In this document: positions 29,601 to 38,935 of the stretch, piece after piece
Numbering within the stretch: position 1 is the stretch's first letter
Layout: every line of letters starts with the position of its first letter
The notes under the pieces: generated by a model
Database searches by the model: none
What the model saw: the letters and a program-made list of their open reading frames with translations, nothing else
Told to the model about the DNA's origin: nothing
Origin: a virus
Length of the DNA stretch: 64,000 nt
Reading direction: 5' to 3' (one strand)
Virus record (IMG/VR): IMGVR_UViG_3300028581_000018
Coordinates: 32,001-96,000 of that record
Program-made: the position numbers and the translations under genes

Positions 29601-29971
29601 TCTTCTTCATCATACATACTTTGTTGTTGCTCATCAACCATTTGATTTTGTTGACGAGATTGTTGCATAGTATAGTATTTCTGAACAGTACCAACCATTT
29701 CTTGTAATGCAGCCTGTTGATCTTCTTGACTCATTGAAGAAATTTGGCTCATTACTTCTTCAGGATCTGATTCTGTAATCTCAGAATACATTTGAATGTA
29801 TTGCATTATTTCATCATCACCACCACCACCTTGTTGCTGTTGCTGTTGTTGTTGACCCCAAGGCATACCACCCACTTGAAAACTAGATAACATTGCATTA
29901 TCGTCAGTTTGCATAGGCCCGTAAAAAGCATAGTCATATAAGTTGGCGCCGGGAGTATATTCTGGTAACAT
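26660..29971 (-). CDS. Cargo protein with L,D-transpeptidase (YkuD-like) and DUF3597-like domains
   Basis: 1103 aa. VIVDK...FPVLTG...TPTGTY...AMH...GSYGCTN YkuD signature (Cys at 27452-27454). TLYDIVKSKGYDPSFESRKKI...YTGTYEQN DUF3597-like. Remainder is Q/M/G low-complexity with xxGG motifs. Confidence 0.75.
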   Translation of the reverse strand: MLPEYTPGANLYDYAFYGPMQTDDNAMLSSFQVGGMPWGQQQQQQQQGGGGDDEIMQYIQMYSEITESDPEEVMSQISSMSQEDQQAALQEMVGTVQKYYTMQQSRQQNQMVDEQQQSMYDEEDESAQPAQYQKSYNTPTPEELAGLEAEEEQYNAAVEAATADYGEEDYMYGGSKRGRNKFTSQLKKAARGMAQEMVNTDGLPTGDSSYGGERLKKFVAGIQRNVANTMADEAVEQSMDYFSQPPMMRYGGLPTFQGTQNSQTGNTSNTGNISLTPEQFNQLLAAQNRGATPQYPGIGRSVNMSNLLSMFGAAPISNDWFQPRGYSLTRKSARDFADAQKVYGTIPLDRSYLSNVEAKKGFLGNINNPRTLSMQFSRSLPPLNFPQETSTTSGTTSSNKPARIGVPPLLDPNNISPPQQTNIRDYSVTPPSQYTPGIQQIPPTSITGLPTQSINQSIPRDPSYTGAYGQEADNNFAPNSDAINYMRQSLTPIDLSGAGPINLTNQSEVDALKREESFKVSQPNPRNKQSFYQEDSYQTGGSTLYDIVKSKGYDPSFESRKKIFQDYFDEPYTGTYEQNSTLKKELLSGNIQLVNDINRKKNTEDFKTVQQPKTTNVSSRSSQIDQSNNQKPSTPKVVNQAKKQNAKEVNNVKVKIPPLLQRRNGIDFKNTGNSPFQGDGYYENKDLRSNLESGVIVDKATGTINFVRAGKIDQKFPVLTGLAGKNYETDPNANPYPVSYLKDNPAARSTPTGTYNMKYDKSIYGYPGYYQKPIAAFGEDAPIATTPLAMHVVYGAGAKPGYTWDPSQGIGAKPHHDPVEYQSRLKRFSQPDNRFGSYGCTNFEPYSLECLTERFGTEGDTAVYIDSRNPEDKKFIENFPVAPPLKNKQNGGQLYLYKNGGLPRFQGPDASEVTLAPRSISNPGQSAKTFGDTEFAMEPFDNSALVGARPQPMQLPTKTAKERAQEVDPDASMKTFGLNFRKDPLSVTQYGDIGYAGANLITNLKNRADQELAQAEMLNRETDPYNYFAQTYANPDEGININTYDMSRPYQSFMGQRQQFSPGVSSGFAKFGGMMKMGGTYEMDLTPEEVAYIQRMGGTIEYL

Positions 29972-29998
29972 AGTATCTGTATTAAGGTTAAAATACGA

Positions 29999-31468
29999 TT
30001 ATTTTTTGGATTTAGAAAATCTAGGGGACTGGCGTTGTATGAAGTTTAGTACTGGGTCTCCTGCTGTTGGTAGAGAACCGCCAAATTGCTTAGACATATA
30101 TTGCAACTGGTTTTCTCCAAAATATCCTTCTGGATTATAGGTAACATTGTAATTGTTATAAACTTCTGGATTTAACTGATAACCATACATTGATTCCATC
30201 CAAGCTGTAGGATGTTGTTTAGATTTTAACCACATACCTGTTTCTTCATCTACTGAAGGATAATGTCCTGCTTCATCTGGAGTGTAACCTAGCTCTGATG
30301 CTCTTTTCATATTGTAGTCACCACCCTTTTGAAAGTTTAGATTACCACCAAATCTTTGCATAGGTTGTGCATCTTGCATTTGATTTACTCCGTATGCTCC
30401 TGCTCCTATACCCATAACTGGTGCTAATGCTTTATATATATTAGGATTAGTCATGTCAAAAAATCCTACATTACCTGTTGCTGATTTAAGTTGTTTGTTT
30501 TTAGGAATACTCTGTTCCCATGCATATTTACCTGTTAAAGGATTAGGTCTAGCTAACTGTGGATTAAACTGACCCTCGTATTGAAATCTTGGTAACGCTC
30601 CGCCTAGTTGTTTAAAACTATCATATCCTTTTTGTATAGATTTATCTTTAGCTTTCTGTACGCTTGTTCTAAAACTTCCCCTATTTTCACCTTTTTCTAT
30701 CTTTTTATGACCTTGTAACCATAAATCTACTAATGGCAATTTATTATCAGCATAATCTTTAAGCTTTGCACTTGACTCAGATAAGTTTATTAAGAATAAA
30801 GAGTATTGTTGTTCTGGAGAAAGTTCAAGTGCAGACTTAGCACTTAGTATTTTAGGATCCGGTTTAAGGTTTAATCTATCAGATATTCTCTGATATCTAT
30901 TTTGAGCAGTTATTAAAGAAGGAGCTTCAAATTGAAATATTCCTCTTCCAGGGCCTCCACTATTTTGCATTTGTAAAGGATCCATTGTGTGACCAGATTC
31001 ATGATAACCAATAGTGTCAGCCATGTGTCCCCATAAATCTCTAGTACCACCTCTGGTTTCTACTAAATAATCTAGTGTGTTATCTAAATCTAGAACATCA
31101 GATTTTTTCTTTTCCATGTACTCTGCATTAGGATTAATGTTCATATGAACTCTTAATGCATCTGGTTGTTGAATAGGTACTTGTAATCCTACTTGAGCCA
31201 TGGGTAACTCTAGAACATTCTTACCAGGAAACTGATACTCTTGATTGGGATACATCATTTGACCATATCCTGTTTCATCTTGACCATATACTGGATAAGG
31301 GACTCCACGCATCGTAATTCTACCATCATCTGTTGGCACCATTGTATTCATACCTGGAAAATCCCACTGACCCCTTTGAGAAACTATAATATTTTTTACT
31401 TTCTCAAACATTTCATTAGGCCCACCTGGTAAGCCTTGTCTAGAATTTTTTGAATAAGTCTTTTTCAT
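29999..31468 (-). CDS. Cargo protein with lysozyme-like (lytic transglycosylase/phage tail lysozyme) domain
   Basis: 489 aa. IGYHESG...GPGRGIFQF lysozyme-superfamily motif. Multiple xxGG motifs. Confidence 0.7.
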   Translation of the reverse strand: MKKTYSKNSRQGLPGGPNEMFEKVKNIIVSQRGQWDFPGMNTMVPTDDGRITMRGVPYPVYGQDETGYGQMMYPNQEYQFPGKNVLELPMAQVGLQVPIQQPDALRVHMNINPNAEYMEKKKSDVLDLDNTLDYLVETRGGTRDLWGHMADTIGYHESGHTMDPLQMQNSGGPGRGIFQFEAPSLITAQNRYQRISDRLNLKPDPKILSAKSALELSPEQQYSLFLINLSESSAKLKDYADNKLPLVDLWLQGHKKIEKGENRGSFRTSVQKAKDKSIQKGYDSFKQLGGALPRFQYEGQFNPQLARPNPLTGKYAWEQSIPKNKQLKSATGNVGFFDMTNPNIYKALAPVMGIGAGAYGVNQMQDAQPMQRFGGNLNFQKGGDYNMKRASELGYTPDEAGHYPSVDEETGMWLKSKQHPTAWMESMYGYQLNPEVYNNYNVTYNPEGYFGENQLQYMSKQFGGSLPTAGDPVLNFIQRQSPRFSKSKK

Positions 31469-34400
31469 CGTGATGAAAACTGTAATTTTTCATTAAATGA
31501 TCTGAGTATCATGTTTACATTACCAGACACTCGCTTCCTTAAAAGTACATAATTTATATAATGCCTAAACTTTTTACGCTGTGTTTGAAGCTTGTTGTAA
31601 TTTAAGTTGTTAGGATTTAATGTTTTTAGATAACCATTTGGTTGTGTATTCCATATTTGCCTTTGGGCAATAGGGTTAAATTCGCCGCGATCATCTGTGA
31701 TATCCCAGAACTGATTAAATCTTATCTTCTGTTCTTCTTTAGCGTATAGTATATCAATAAAACCTGGGTTAATAATTGGGTAAGCAAGATTTGCAATACC
31801 ATTATTTTTAGACTGAAGATTTAATCTTAGCAACCCTGATGTTTGCTCTGTATTCCAGATTATTGCTTCGTCGAAGTTGTAATCTAAAATTTGAAAATCA
31901 TCTGTGCAGTTGTTTAAATTTCTAGCAACAAAAGATTCTACTGTATATTCTAAACTTCTCAATGTAAATACTTGCTGGCCGCTAGCTACAGGTATCTCAA
32001 TTTCAAAAGGATAGTCTATACCATAGAAGTTACAGTATTGTGCACATGTATTATTATGGCGCCATATACCCGAACCCTTAATACTTGAAAAGTGATTCTT
32101 TGAAGGTAATAACAAATCAGGTTTCCAATCATGAAAACTTATCCACATTTCATTTTTCAAGTCATAGCTTACTGTCCATGATGCGTCATCAAAGTAATTA
32201 AAGAAGTTTGCGTCTCCTATTTTTACACGAATCAATCTGTCAATAACAAACTCGTTTGTTGACTCATCATAGATAACACGTCCAGTATTTTTATACTGAT
32301 CTCTGAGATAGTAGTCTTTCTTACATATGTAAAGAATAGTATCTACATTCTCGTAGATTGTTTGCATACCAACACCTGCAACAGGATTAGCTACCAGCGG
32401 GAAATTTGGAAAATCCTTTAGCAACTCATATTGCATGTATTTAAAGAACCACCATTTCAAACCAGCTAGCGAAATTTCTTTTAGTTGACCAGTATATTGA
32501 TATATCTTACCTTGGTTTTGACTTGTCCAGAATAACCCGCCGGGAGTACTTATCACTGATCTTATATCTTGACAAGATGCATATTCAAATGAATTTTCTG
32601 CATTGACTATTCTTTGTTCTGCTTGAGAGAAAAGCGCCCCGTCGCCAAGAGTAACTTTGGTGCCAAGATCTGTTTTTAGTTCATCAACACCCTGGAATAA
32701 AACAGGACTAGAATCTCTAAAGAAAAACATTGCACCATTTCTACTAATACTCTTTACACCAGTAACATAGTTACGATAGTCTTTGTAGTTATTAGCCAAA
32801 TATATTCTCCAGCTATCTCTTATCTGCTCATCTTGCTGAGGGAGGGAATACAATATCCTGTATGGAAAATACTGATAGCAAAGCTGTGATACCTGTGGAT
32901 CATAGTTTCTTGCTTGTAATTGTCCCCAGGAAATAAAGTTGTTGAACAACCTACTTATGCTAAAAGACTCGTCGTATGCATAAAAGTTATCAAATGGTAT
33001 AACATCTGGGTTGGCATTAAACATAGTACCCAAATCGTTGAAACCATAGGGATCATAAAATTTGTCTTTGTTTAACACACCCTGTTCTCTAAACTCAGAC
33101 AACCTTTCTGTCTCTACAAAGAAATCACGCACCCCAGAATTAAATAGATAGAAGTAAGTATTGTCATTTGTAAATACACTTAATGGGTTGAAGACACCAC
33201 CATCATCTAATTTATAAAAATCACTAGGTAAAATACCTGCTCCAGTTGAAGGGCTTGGTGGCTGAAGAGTTATTAAACTACTAATAGCACTATTAACAGC
33301 ACCACTTAAAGTAAACTGTTTACTATTTACCCAAAACTTTGGTTTTGATACCATCCTGTAGTTGTAGTAATTATACTCAAACCCATCAGGTTGACTATAC
33401 AACCAATCATTAAAATAAAAGAAAGTTGTCTTTTCAGTATATCGTTGGATATATGTATCTCCTCCAAAAAATATACATGCTGGAGGCGCTGGTGAATTAA
33501 AGTTTATACCAGATGGTATAACTCGTTTAGTGTACTGCTTGCCGTTGACAGTAAAAGAATTAGATATTAAACTGCTAAAATCAATTTTCTGTTCGCAGTC
33601 TGTAATAGGTATTTGTTTAATACTATCTAACTGACCATATTGATTTTGTATTCTAACCTTTATGCCAGCATACCAAGAAGAAATATTTCTTTGAAACTCT
33701 TGTCTTGGATCACTATAGCTTGCAGGTTTAGCATAAGAGTTATCTAAATTAGGTGGAACAAGAAATGCTGAACTTTGAGCATTAACTAAAGTTTTAATAC
33801 CAACAAAAGTATTACGTTTAATATTGTTGATTTTATAATTTTGATCAAAGTTTACAAGTCCCGGGCGCACGTAAGCATTAAAGTCTATCTCTCTTGTAAC
33901 ATTTGGAATAATTGGTCTTACTGAAGAATCATAAAAACCATGGGCTAAACTTTGTAATGCGTATTGTCTGTATGGAGTAAATGCATAAATTGCTCTCATT
34001 GCAGTTTCTGCACCTTCACTAAAAAAGTAGAGAAAATTAAAAGCATTAGCATTTAAAGGAAACCCATCATAAGGATTTGATTCATAACTTTCAGTATATT
34101 CCCCACCTATAAAACCAGGAGATAAAGCAGCTGCAGTATTTGCTGTTGTTTGTTCAGCTTGAGATACTGATGATTGACCACCAGGAGCCGCAGCTTGCAC
34201 TATTGCTACACTACTTGAAGAAGCAGTATTACCTGACGTAGCCTGTGTTGTTGTTGCGGTTGCAACATGTGCACCAGGTATTGGTACAAATGGATAAAAT
34301 GCTGGTGGTAGAGTAGTACCATTTGCTGTTATAGGAAAAGCTATATTTAACCCTCTTGGTGAACTATATGTTCTTTGCTTTTTACCGTTAAGTTTTATTA

Positions 34401-36507
34401 TACCATATGCTGCTCCAGCCATTAACGCAAAAACAACAAAAACATCTTTTATTAGTTTAAACTGCGGGTGATCTTCAGGCTCCTGAAAATAATGTGTTGA
34501 GTTACCATAAATATTATTGTACAGTTTAAGCTGTTTAGTATTTAGATATGGTCTATTAAAATTTGTATCAGGAGAATGAAAACTTAAATATTGATTACTA
34601 AACAAGTTTGGAGTTATATCTAAAAAAGGATCTCCACCAAGAGGATTAAAAGGATAATTTTGATAAAGAACTTCATCAATAACAGTTGTACTGTTAAGAT
34701 CTTTAACTTCATACTTACGCATGTTGTTGATAAGACCCTTTGCAATAATAGACCTATTACCCTGACGCGTACCTCTTAATATCTCATAACCTACTATGTT
34801 AGTTATGTCATTTCCGTCATTGTCTTTTGGTAGTGCAATGTTTTGAAATCGCACACCCATTATTCTAATAAACTGATTACCTGTAACTGGGTCTACTCTA
34901 AAGTGTACAAGCTCACCTCTGGTTAGATATCCATTAGGTGTATACTGGTAATTTTCAGGAAACTTATGGTGTCTTATTTTTTTACCACATAAATCATATG
35001 ATGGGTTGGTTTGATTAAATACCCCCGTCCATGGTTGTGAACTAGAGTTCCAGATTTCTGGTTTGTCATCGGGATATATCTCTGTTGATTCCCAATAGCT
35101 CATATCTCCTTCTGCTATAATTGTTCCTTGATAAGGAGCGTCATCTATAGATTTAGTGGATCCCGGCGCCGTGTTAATAACTGCTGTGTTATACACCTGC
35201 CATGTTTGATTACCAATACCCTCAGCAATATTTTGTGCGGCGTCTGCATTTGATACAGTTGGTAAATCAAAAAGACCATTAGAAAATCTACCAGGTATAT
35301 GATAAGATTGACTCTTATCGCCAGTATCATATATCCACCTAATAAAAAATGAGTAAACTTCATCTCGCAAATAAGATGTTCTAAATCCACCATTTTGGTA
35401 ATAAGTAGCAGGATACTCAACAGACACCCACTTAGCACCAATTAAATTTGCTAATGGTTGATAGTTAAAGTCTAGTTTACCACTAGGTCTGATTCTAAGT
35501 AAATATCTATTTACCTCAAACATCCCCTCACTTTTCTCATAGACATTGTTTCTGAGTGGTATGTTGTCAATAGGTACAGATGTTAATTCACTTGCAATGA
35601 TATCTAATGACACAATTGTTTGCCGCGTGCTGTAAATACCAATCCTCTTAGCAACAGTTTGTTGAGATACATTAGATACTATTACTAACTCATACTCACT
35701 AAAGTATTCAGTATCTGCTTCTACTTCAATTTCTAATGAACCAGCAAACTCTGCATCTCTATCAAATAATACCTGCACATTACTAGGTGAAAAGTAATCT
35801 GTTACTTTTTGACCATTGATGCAATATGCAATAACAGCATAATAAGAACCAGCTTGTAGGTTACCACCACCAGGGCCTTGACGCACCTTTACACAAGGTG
35901 TTTCCATTAACGATGCTAATCTTAGTTTATCACAATCTAAGTCAGGCAAGTTAATACATGTAGTACACCCATTTACTGTAGTGCACTTTTGTTTCCAAGG
36001 TGGCCCATCCCAAAGTGTTAATGGAGCAATACAATTTTGTGGCCACAAAGTAGGGTTACCAATGTTCATAACCCTATCTGGGTTTAAACCATCTGCCCAG
36101 TATATTGACCAAGTACAATCTGCGTTCTCTCTAGAAACACCGAGTATAAGATTCTCTTTTTTAAATTCTAAACAGCTATCATTTACAATACGTAAATAAC
36201 AACAATCACTTTCATCATACAAACCTATTTCTGAGTTTGTATTATCTGTAGAGTAAATTATCCACTTGTCTCCAAATAGATGTGTTGTTCCAATAATAGG
36301 ATATGGCGCTGCACCACATAAAAAGTTAGCAGGCTCATTACTCACTGTGCCAACATCACCAGTAACAGTATTGTTTTGTAAATTTCTAGCATGTGTCCAA
36401 TAACCTTCAGGTAGAAACGTGGTATCCACGTCTTTATTCATACCCTTAGTAAAAGGTTTTGTTATAACAGTGCTGCTAACATTTTCTTGAGAACCTTTCT
36501 TTGCCAT
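31465..36507 (-). CDS. Tail muzzle / 'stabilization' protein (P22 gp10-like, crAss muzzle)
   Basis: 1680 aa. N-terminal FTKGMNKD motif and beta-propeller-like composition. C-terminal WTVSYD...WISFHDWKP. Located between the ring proteins and cargo genes. Confidence 0.8.
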   Translation of the reverse strand: MAKKGSQENVSSTVITKPFTKGMNKDVDTTFLPEGYWTHARNLQNNTVTGDVGTVSNEPANFLCGAAPYPIIGTTHLFGDKWIIYSTDNTNSEIGLYDESDCCYLRIVNDSCLEFKKENLILGVSRENADCTWSIYWADGLNPDRVMNIGNPTLWPQNCIAPLTLWDGPPWKQKCTTVNGCTTCINLPDLDCDKLRLASLMETPCVKVRQGPGGGNLQAGSYYAVIAYCINGQKVTDYFSPSNVQVLFDRDAEFAGSLEIEVEADTEYFSEYELVIVSNVSQQTVAKRIGIYSTRQTIVSLDIIASELTSVPIDNIPLRNNVYEKSEGMFEVNRYLLRIRPSGKLDFNYQPLANLIGAKWVSVEYPATYYQNGGFRTSYLRDEVYSFFIRWIYDTGDKSQSYHIPGRFSNGLFDLPTVSNADAAQNIAEGIGNQTWQVYNTAVINTAPGSTKSIDDAPYQGTIIAEGDMSYWESTEIYPDDKPEIWNSSSQPWTGVFNQTNPSYDLCGKKIRHHKFPENYQYTPNGYLTRGELVHFRVDPVTGNQFIRIMGVRFQNIALPKDNDGNDITNIVGYEILRGTRQGNRSIIAKGLINNMRKYEVKDLNSTTVIDEVLYQNYPFNPLGGDPFLDITPNLFSNQYLSFHSPDTNFNRPYLNTKQLKLYNNIYGNSTHYFQEPEDHPQFKLIKDVFVVFALMAGAAYGIIKLNGKKQRTYSSPRGLNIAFPITANGTTLPPAFYPFVPIPGAHVATATTTQATSGNTASSSSVAIVQAAAPGGQSSVSQAEQTTANTAAALSPGFIGGEYTESYESNPYDGFPLNANAFNFLYFFSEGAETAMRAIYAFTPYRQYALQSLAHGFYDSSVRPIIPNVTREIDFNAYVRPGLVNFDQNYKINNIKRNTFVGIKTLVNAQSSAFLVPPNLDNSYAKPASYSDPRQEFQRNISSWYAGIKVRIQNQYGQLDSIKQIPITDCEQKIDFSSLISNSFTVNGKQYTKRVIPSGINFNSPAPPACIFFGGDTYIQRYTEKTTFFYFNDWLYSQPDGFEYNYYNYRMVSKPKFWVNSKQFTLSGAVNSAISSLITLQPPSPSTGAGILPSDFYKLDDGGVFNPLSVFTNDNTYFYLFNSGVRDFFVETERLSEFREQGVLNKDKFYDPYGFNDLGTMFNANPDVIPFDNFYAYDESFSISRLFNNFISWGQLQARNYDPQVSQLCYQYFPYRILYSLPQQDEQIRDSWRIYLANNYKDYRNYVTGVKSISRNGAMFFFRDSSPVLFQGVDELKTDLGTKVTLGDGALFSQAEQRIVNAENSFEYASCQDIRSVISTPGGLFWTSQNQGKIYQYTGQLKEISLAGLKWWFFKYMQYELLKDFPNFPLVANPVAGVGMQTIYENVDTILYICKKDYYLRDQYKNTGRVIYDESTNEFVIDRLIRVKIGDANFFNYFDDASWTVSYDLKNEMWISFHDWKPDLLLPSKNHFSSIKGSGIWRHNNTCAQYCNFYGIDYPFEIEIPVASGQQVFTLRSLEYTVESFVARNLNNCTDDFQILDYNFDEAIIWNTEQTSGLLRLNLQSKNNGIANLAYPIINPGFIDILYAKEEQKIRFNQFWDITDDRGEFNPIAQRQIWNTQPNGYLKTLNPNNLNYNKLQTQRKKFRHYINYVLLRKRVSGNVNMILRSFNEKLQFSSR

Positions 36508-37556
36508 TACATTATGTATGATCTTTTATACGGATAAGCAATATTATTACGGGGATAGCTCTTAAACATGTCATAGTATTTTGAATACATAGCACGCCTA
36601 TTTGTTTCCCATAACTGCCTCATCTCAGCAAAGTTTGGAGTATTGATAAACCCTAATGCTACATTTCTAGCAGCTCTATAGCGAGCTTCAATAAGTTGCA
36701 TTTTAGCTGTCACGTCTTCGCCGTTCATAAGGAGATTCTCGAGTATGCGTTGTTTCAACGCGTATTCATAGTATTCATTTAAATACTCATGATCAGGAAC
36801 CAGTAAGTTACCATCTTCATCTTCTAGAGATCCTTGATAGTTAAGGTAAACATTCCCGTGCTCAAAATTGACATATAGAAAGCCATCTTTGATCCAACCC
36901 TCGTGTGGTGATTTCCAGTATAAATTTGGGCACCCACATTCTATATCCTGAGATTCGCGAAGTCTAATAGGGTGCACACTTTTATAGTGACGAGTTTGTG
37001 TTTTTAACATCTGCACTATTTCATACTGTTCACCTTTTTGATTTACAAATGTTCGCGGGCGCACGCATACATTCCCGTAAGGATTGTTGGGATCATATAC
37101 ATTTGTTTGTGTATATACAACACCGTTATCCCCGGGCATACACATTGCTGGATTACAACCACAAGGTGTGCAACCACAATTTGCACAGTTTACAGTAGGT
37201 GGTGCACACTGGTCAATAGTACCAGGCACTTCAGTATATGTAGGCACAACCTTAACTTCTTCAATATGAGTACCTTGCGGTAAAAATTCTTTTGTAGTAA
37301 GATCTGCACATATTAGCGCATAGTTTATACTGAAGAAATCATCAGGTAGTTTTACCTTATGATTAGTTACTTCAAGTACAGTTTCCTTAGTCATGTAAAT
37401 CCTTAGACCTAAATCATAGGTTACACGCTTGGCTACCTTGATTAATGTTTGCGGGTCAATCATGTTGTCAAGAGCATACTGCCTAAAATCAACATTGACA
37501 TCTTCCAACAAGCTGTCAAAGGTTTTATATTTAATAGTGTAATTGTAAGTTGCCAT
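36507..37556 (-). CDS. Tail ring (tubular) protein with Cys-rich insertion
   Basis: 349 aa. GFLYVNFEHGNVYLNYQG...DEDGNLLVPD ring-protein-like C-terminus. Internal CANCGCTPCGCNPAMC. Confidence 0.7.
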   Translation of the reverse strand: MATYNYTIKYKTFDSLLEDVNVDFRQYALDNMIDPQTLIKVAKRVTYDLGLRIYMTKETVLEVTNHKVKLPDDFFSINYALICADLTTKEFLPQGTHIEEVKVVPTYTEVPGTIDQCAPPTVNCANCGCTPCGCNPAMCMPGDNGVVYTQTNVYDPNNPYGNVCVRPRTFVNQKGEQYEIVQMLKTQTRHYKSVHPIRLRESQDIECGCPNLYWKSPHEGWIKDGFLYVNFEHGNVYLNYQGSLEDEDGNLLVPDHEYLNEYYEYALKQRILENLLMNGEDVTAKMQLIEARYRAARNVALGFINTPNFAEMRQLWETNRRAMYSKYYDMFKSYPRNNIAYPYKRSYIM

Positions 37557-38227
37557 TACCGTAAAATATTTTGTTTGTCATCTTGACCATCTCCAGGAAT
37601 ACTAGCGGCGGCAGTTAATTCTTTCAAAGCAAATTGTTCTATTTCTGCAAACAAGTAATCTGGTACGTTAAAGTTTTGCTCTTGCCGAGGAATACATTGA
37701 TCCTGACTATCACACTGAAATGCACCAATGTTACCTTCAAAAATAGCCTCTACTTTAATTGCTTCCCAAGTTTGATTTGGTATATAAATGTAATCGTTGA
37801 TAATCCAGCAATATACATTTTTATTATACTTAAATGTACTAGTCTTAGTCATAGAAGTATAGGTACCGGGATCAGTAATTATAATAGAAATAGAGCCATC
37901 AATTGAAGTAATAGATCTAAACATAGGCCCATATGTAGCATCAAGAATCTTAGGTAGTTTATCTTTAGTGCGCATTACAATACAGTTGGTTTTTATACCA
38001 GAGCAACACGCTTCTATCTTATCAACCTCAATAAGTTCTATGCAAGGTAATACACTATAAATAGATGACATACGGATAATTTTCCCGCGGTCATCATCTC
38101 TCTTTATCAAGAGTTTAGCATACTTAAGTATAACAGTATAAAGCATACGATCAGTAATGAAACTATCTTCATTGACAGCTTTTAAAATACTTCTCAATCG
38201 CGATACTGCATCTCCTATGGTGTTCAT
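37556..38227 (-). CDS. Tail ring (tubular) protein
   Basis: 223 aa. N-terminal helices (SRLRSILK...DSFITDR), YCWIINDYIY beta region and C-terminal P-D-x-D-D. Adjacent to the other ring gene and the muzzle. Confidence 0.7.
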   Translation of the reverse strand: MNTIGDAVSRLRSILKAVNEDSFITDRMLYTVILKYAKLLIKRDDDRGKIIRMSSIYSVLPCIELIEVDKIEACCSGIKTNCIVMRTKDKLPKILDATYGPMFRSITSIDGSISIIITDPGTYTSMTKTSTFKYNKNVYCWIINDYIYIPNQTWEAIKVEAIFEGNIGAFQCDSQDQCIPRQEQNFNVPDYLFAEIEQFALKELTAAASIPGDGQDDKQNILR

Positions 38228-38808
38228 ATGTCAAATTCGTTATAGTTCTTTAGTGATTTCTCCCTAAGATACGTTCTTTGTTTTTTACGCTTCTCCTCTT
38301 TCATAATACGTGATATCTTATGCATACTATCTACAACAATATACATCTGCCAAGTATCAGGATATGTTTTTGCTACCGTTCTAGAAAAAAGTCTAGATGG
38401 TTTGAATTGCCATAATTCCCGGTTATTAAACATGTACCTGTTATCATAGTTGCTATAAAAGATTTTACCCAGATAACTGTCTGAGCCAAGATTACTATGA
38501 ATAACTTTTATACCATATTTGATAGATTTACCAAAGTCAATATTTTCTTTTTTAGGTCTTTGACAACTACCAATAAATATGTAACCTATTTTTTCTGGTA
38601 ACTCTATACCATCGCGCCGTTCAATTACTTGCTCAGTAACTTTTATATTAAAAGTTTTAATTATTTTCTTAAACTCATTAATACTATAACTTGGCATATC
38701 AGGATTTTTTTCCTTAAACCTTTTTAAAAAATCCTTATCAATCACCAATTGATTTTTTTGATAAAACCGTGGCTTATTAAGATCTGGCTTTTTGAACATT
38801 TTATTCAT
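38224..38808 (-). CDS. HU/IHF-like DNA-binding protein
   Basis: 194 aa, basic. EFKKIIKTFN...VIERRDGIELPEKIGYIFIG and WQFKPSRLF resemble the IHF-like genes of crAss structural modules. Confidence 0.6.
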   Translation of the reverse strand: MNKMFKKPDLNKPRFYQKNQLVIDKDFLKRFKEKNPDMPSYSINEFKKIIKTFNIKVTEQVIERRDGIELPEKIGYIFIGSCQRPKKENIDFGKSIKYGIKVIHSNLGSDSYLGKIFYSNYDNRYMFNNRELWQFKPSRLFSRTVAKTYPDTWQMYIVVDSMHKISRIMKEEKRKKQRTYLREKSLKNYNEFDI

Positions 38809-38813
38809 AGGTA

Positions 38814-38824
38814 TAATATACTAA
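38814..38824 (-). promoter_or_regulatory. Candidate phage late promoter motif (TTAGTATATTA)
   Basis: 5 nt upstream of ATG 38808, just downstream of a terminator. Confidence 0.55.
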
Positions 38825-38866
38825 TTATATAGCCACTTTACAAATTTGAGGGTTTTGAACGGGTAT

Positions 38867-38894
38867 AAAAAGCAAGCCCCCATTAAAGGGGGCT
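38867..38894 (-). terminator. Rho-independent terminator
   Basis: AGCCCCC (38875-38881) / GGGGGCT (38888-38894) stem, followed on the minus strand by TGCTTTTT, downstream of the 296-aa gene. Confidence 0.7.
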
Positions 38895-38935
38895 GCCTTG
38901 TTGTCACAGATAAACCAACAAACTGAGACATATTT

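Noticed and set aside
29820-29853. (CAC)n/(TGT/TGC)n microsatellite
   Set aside because: It encodes the poly-Gln/poly-Gly low-complexity stretch in frame, with no sign of phase variation.
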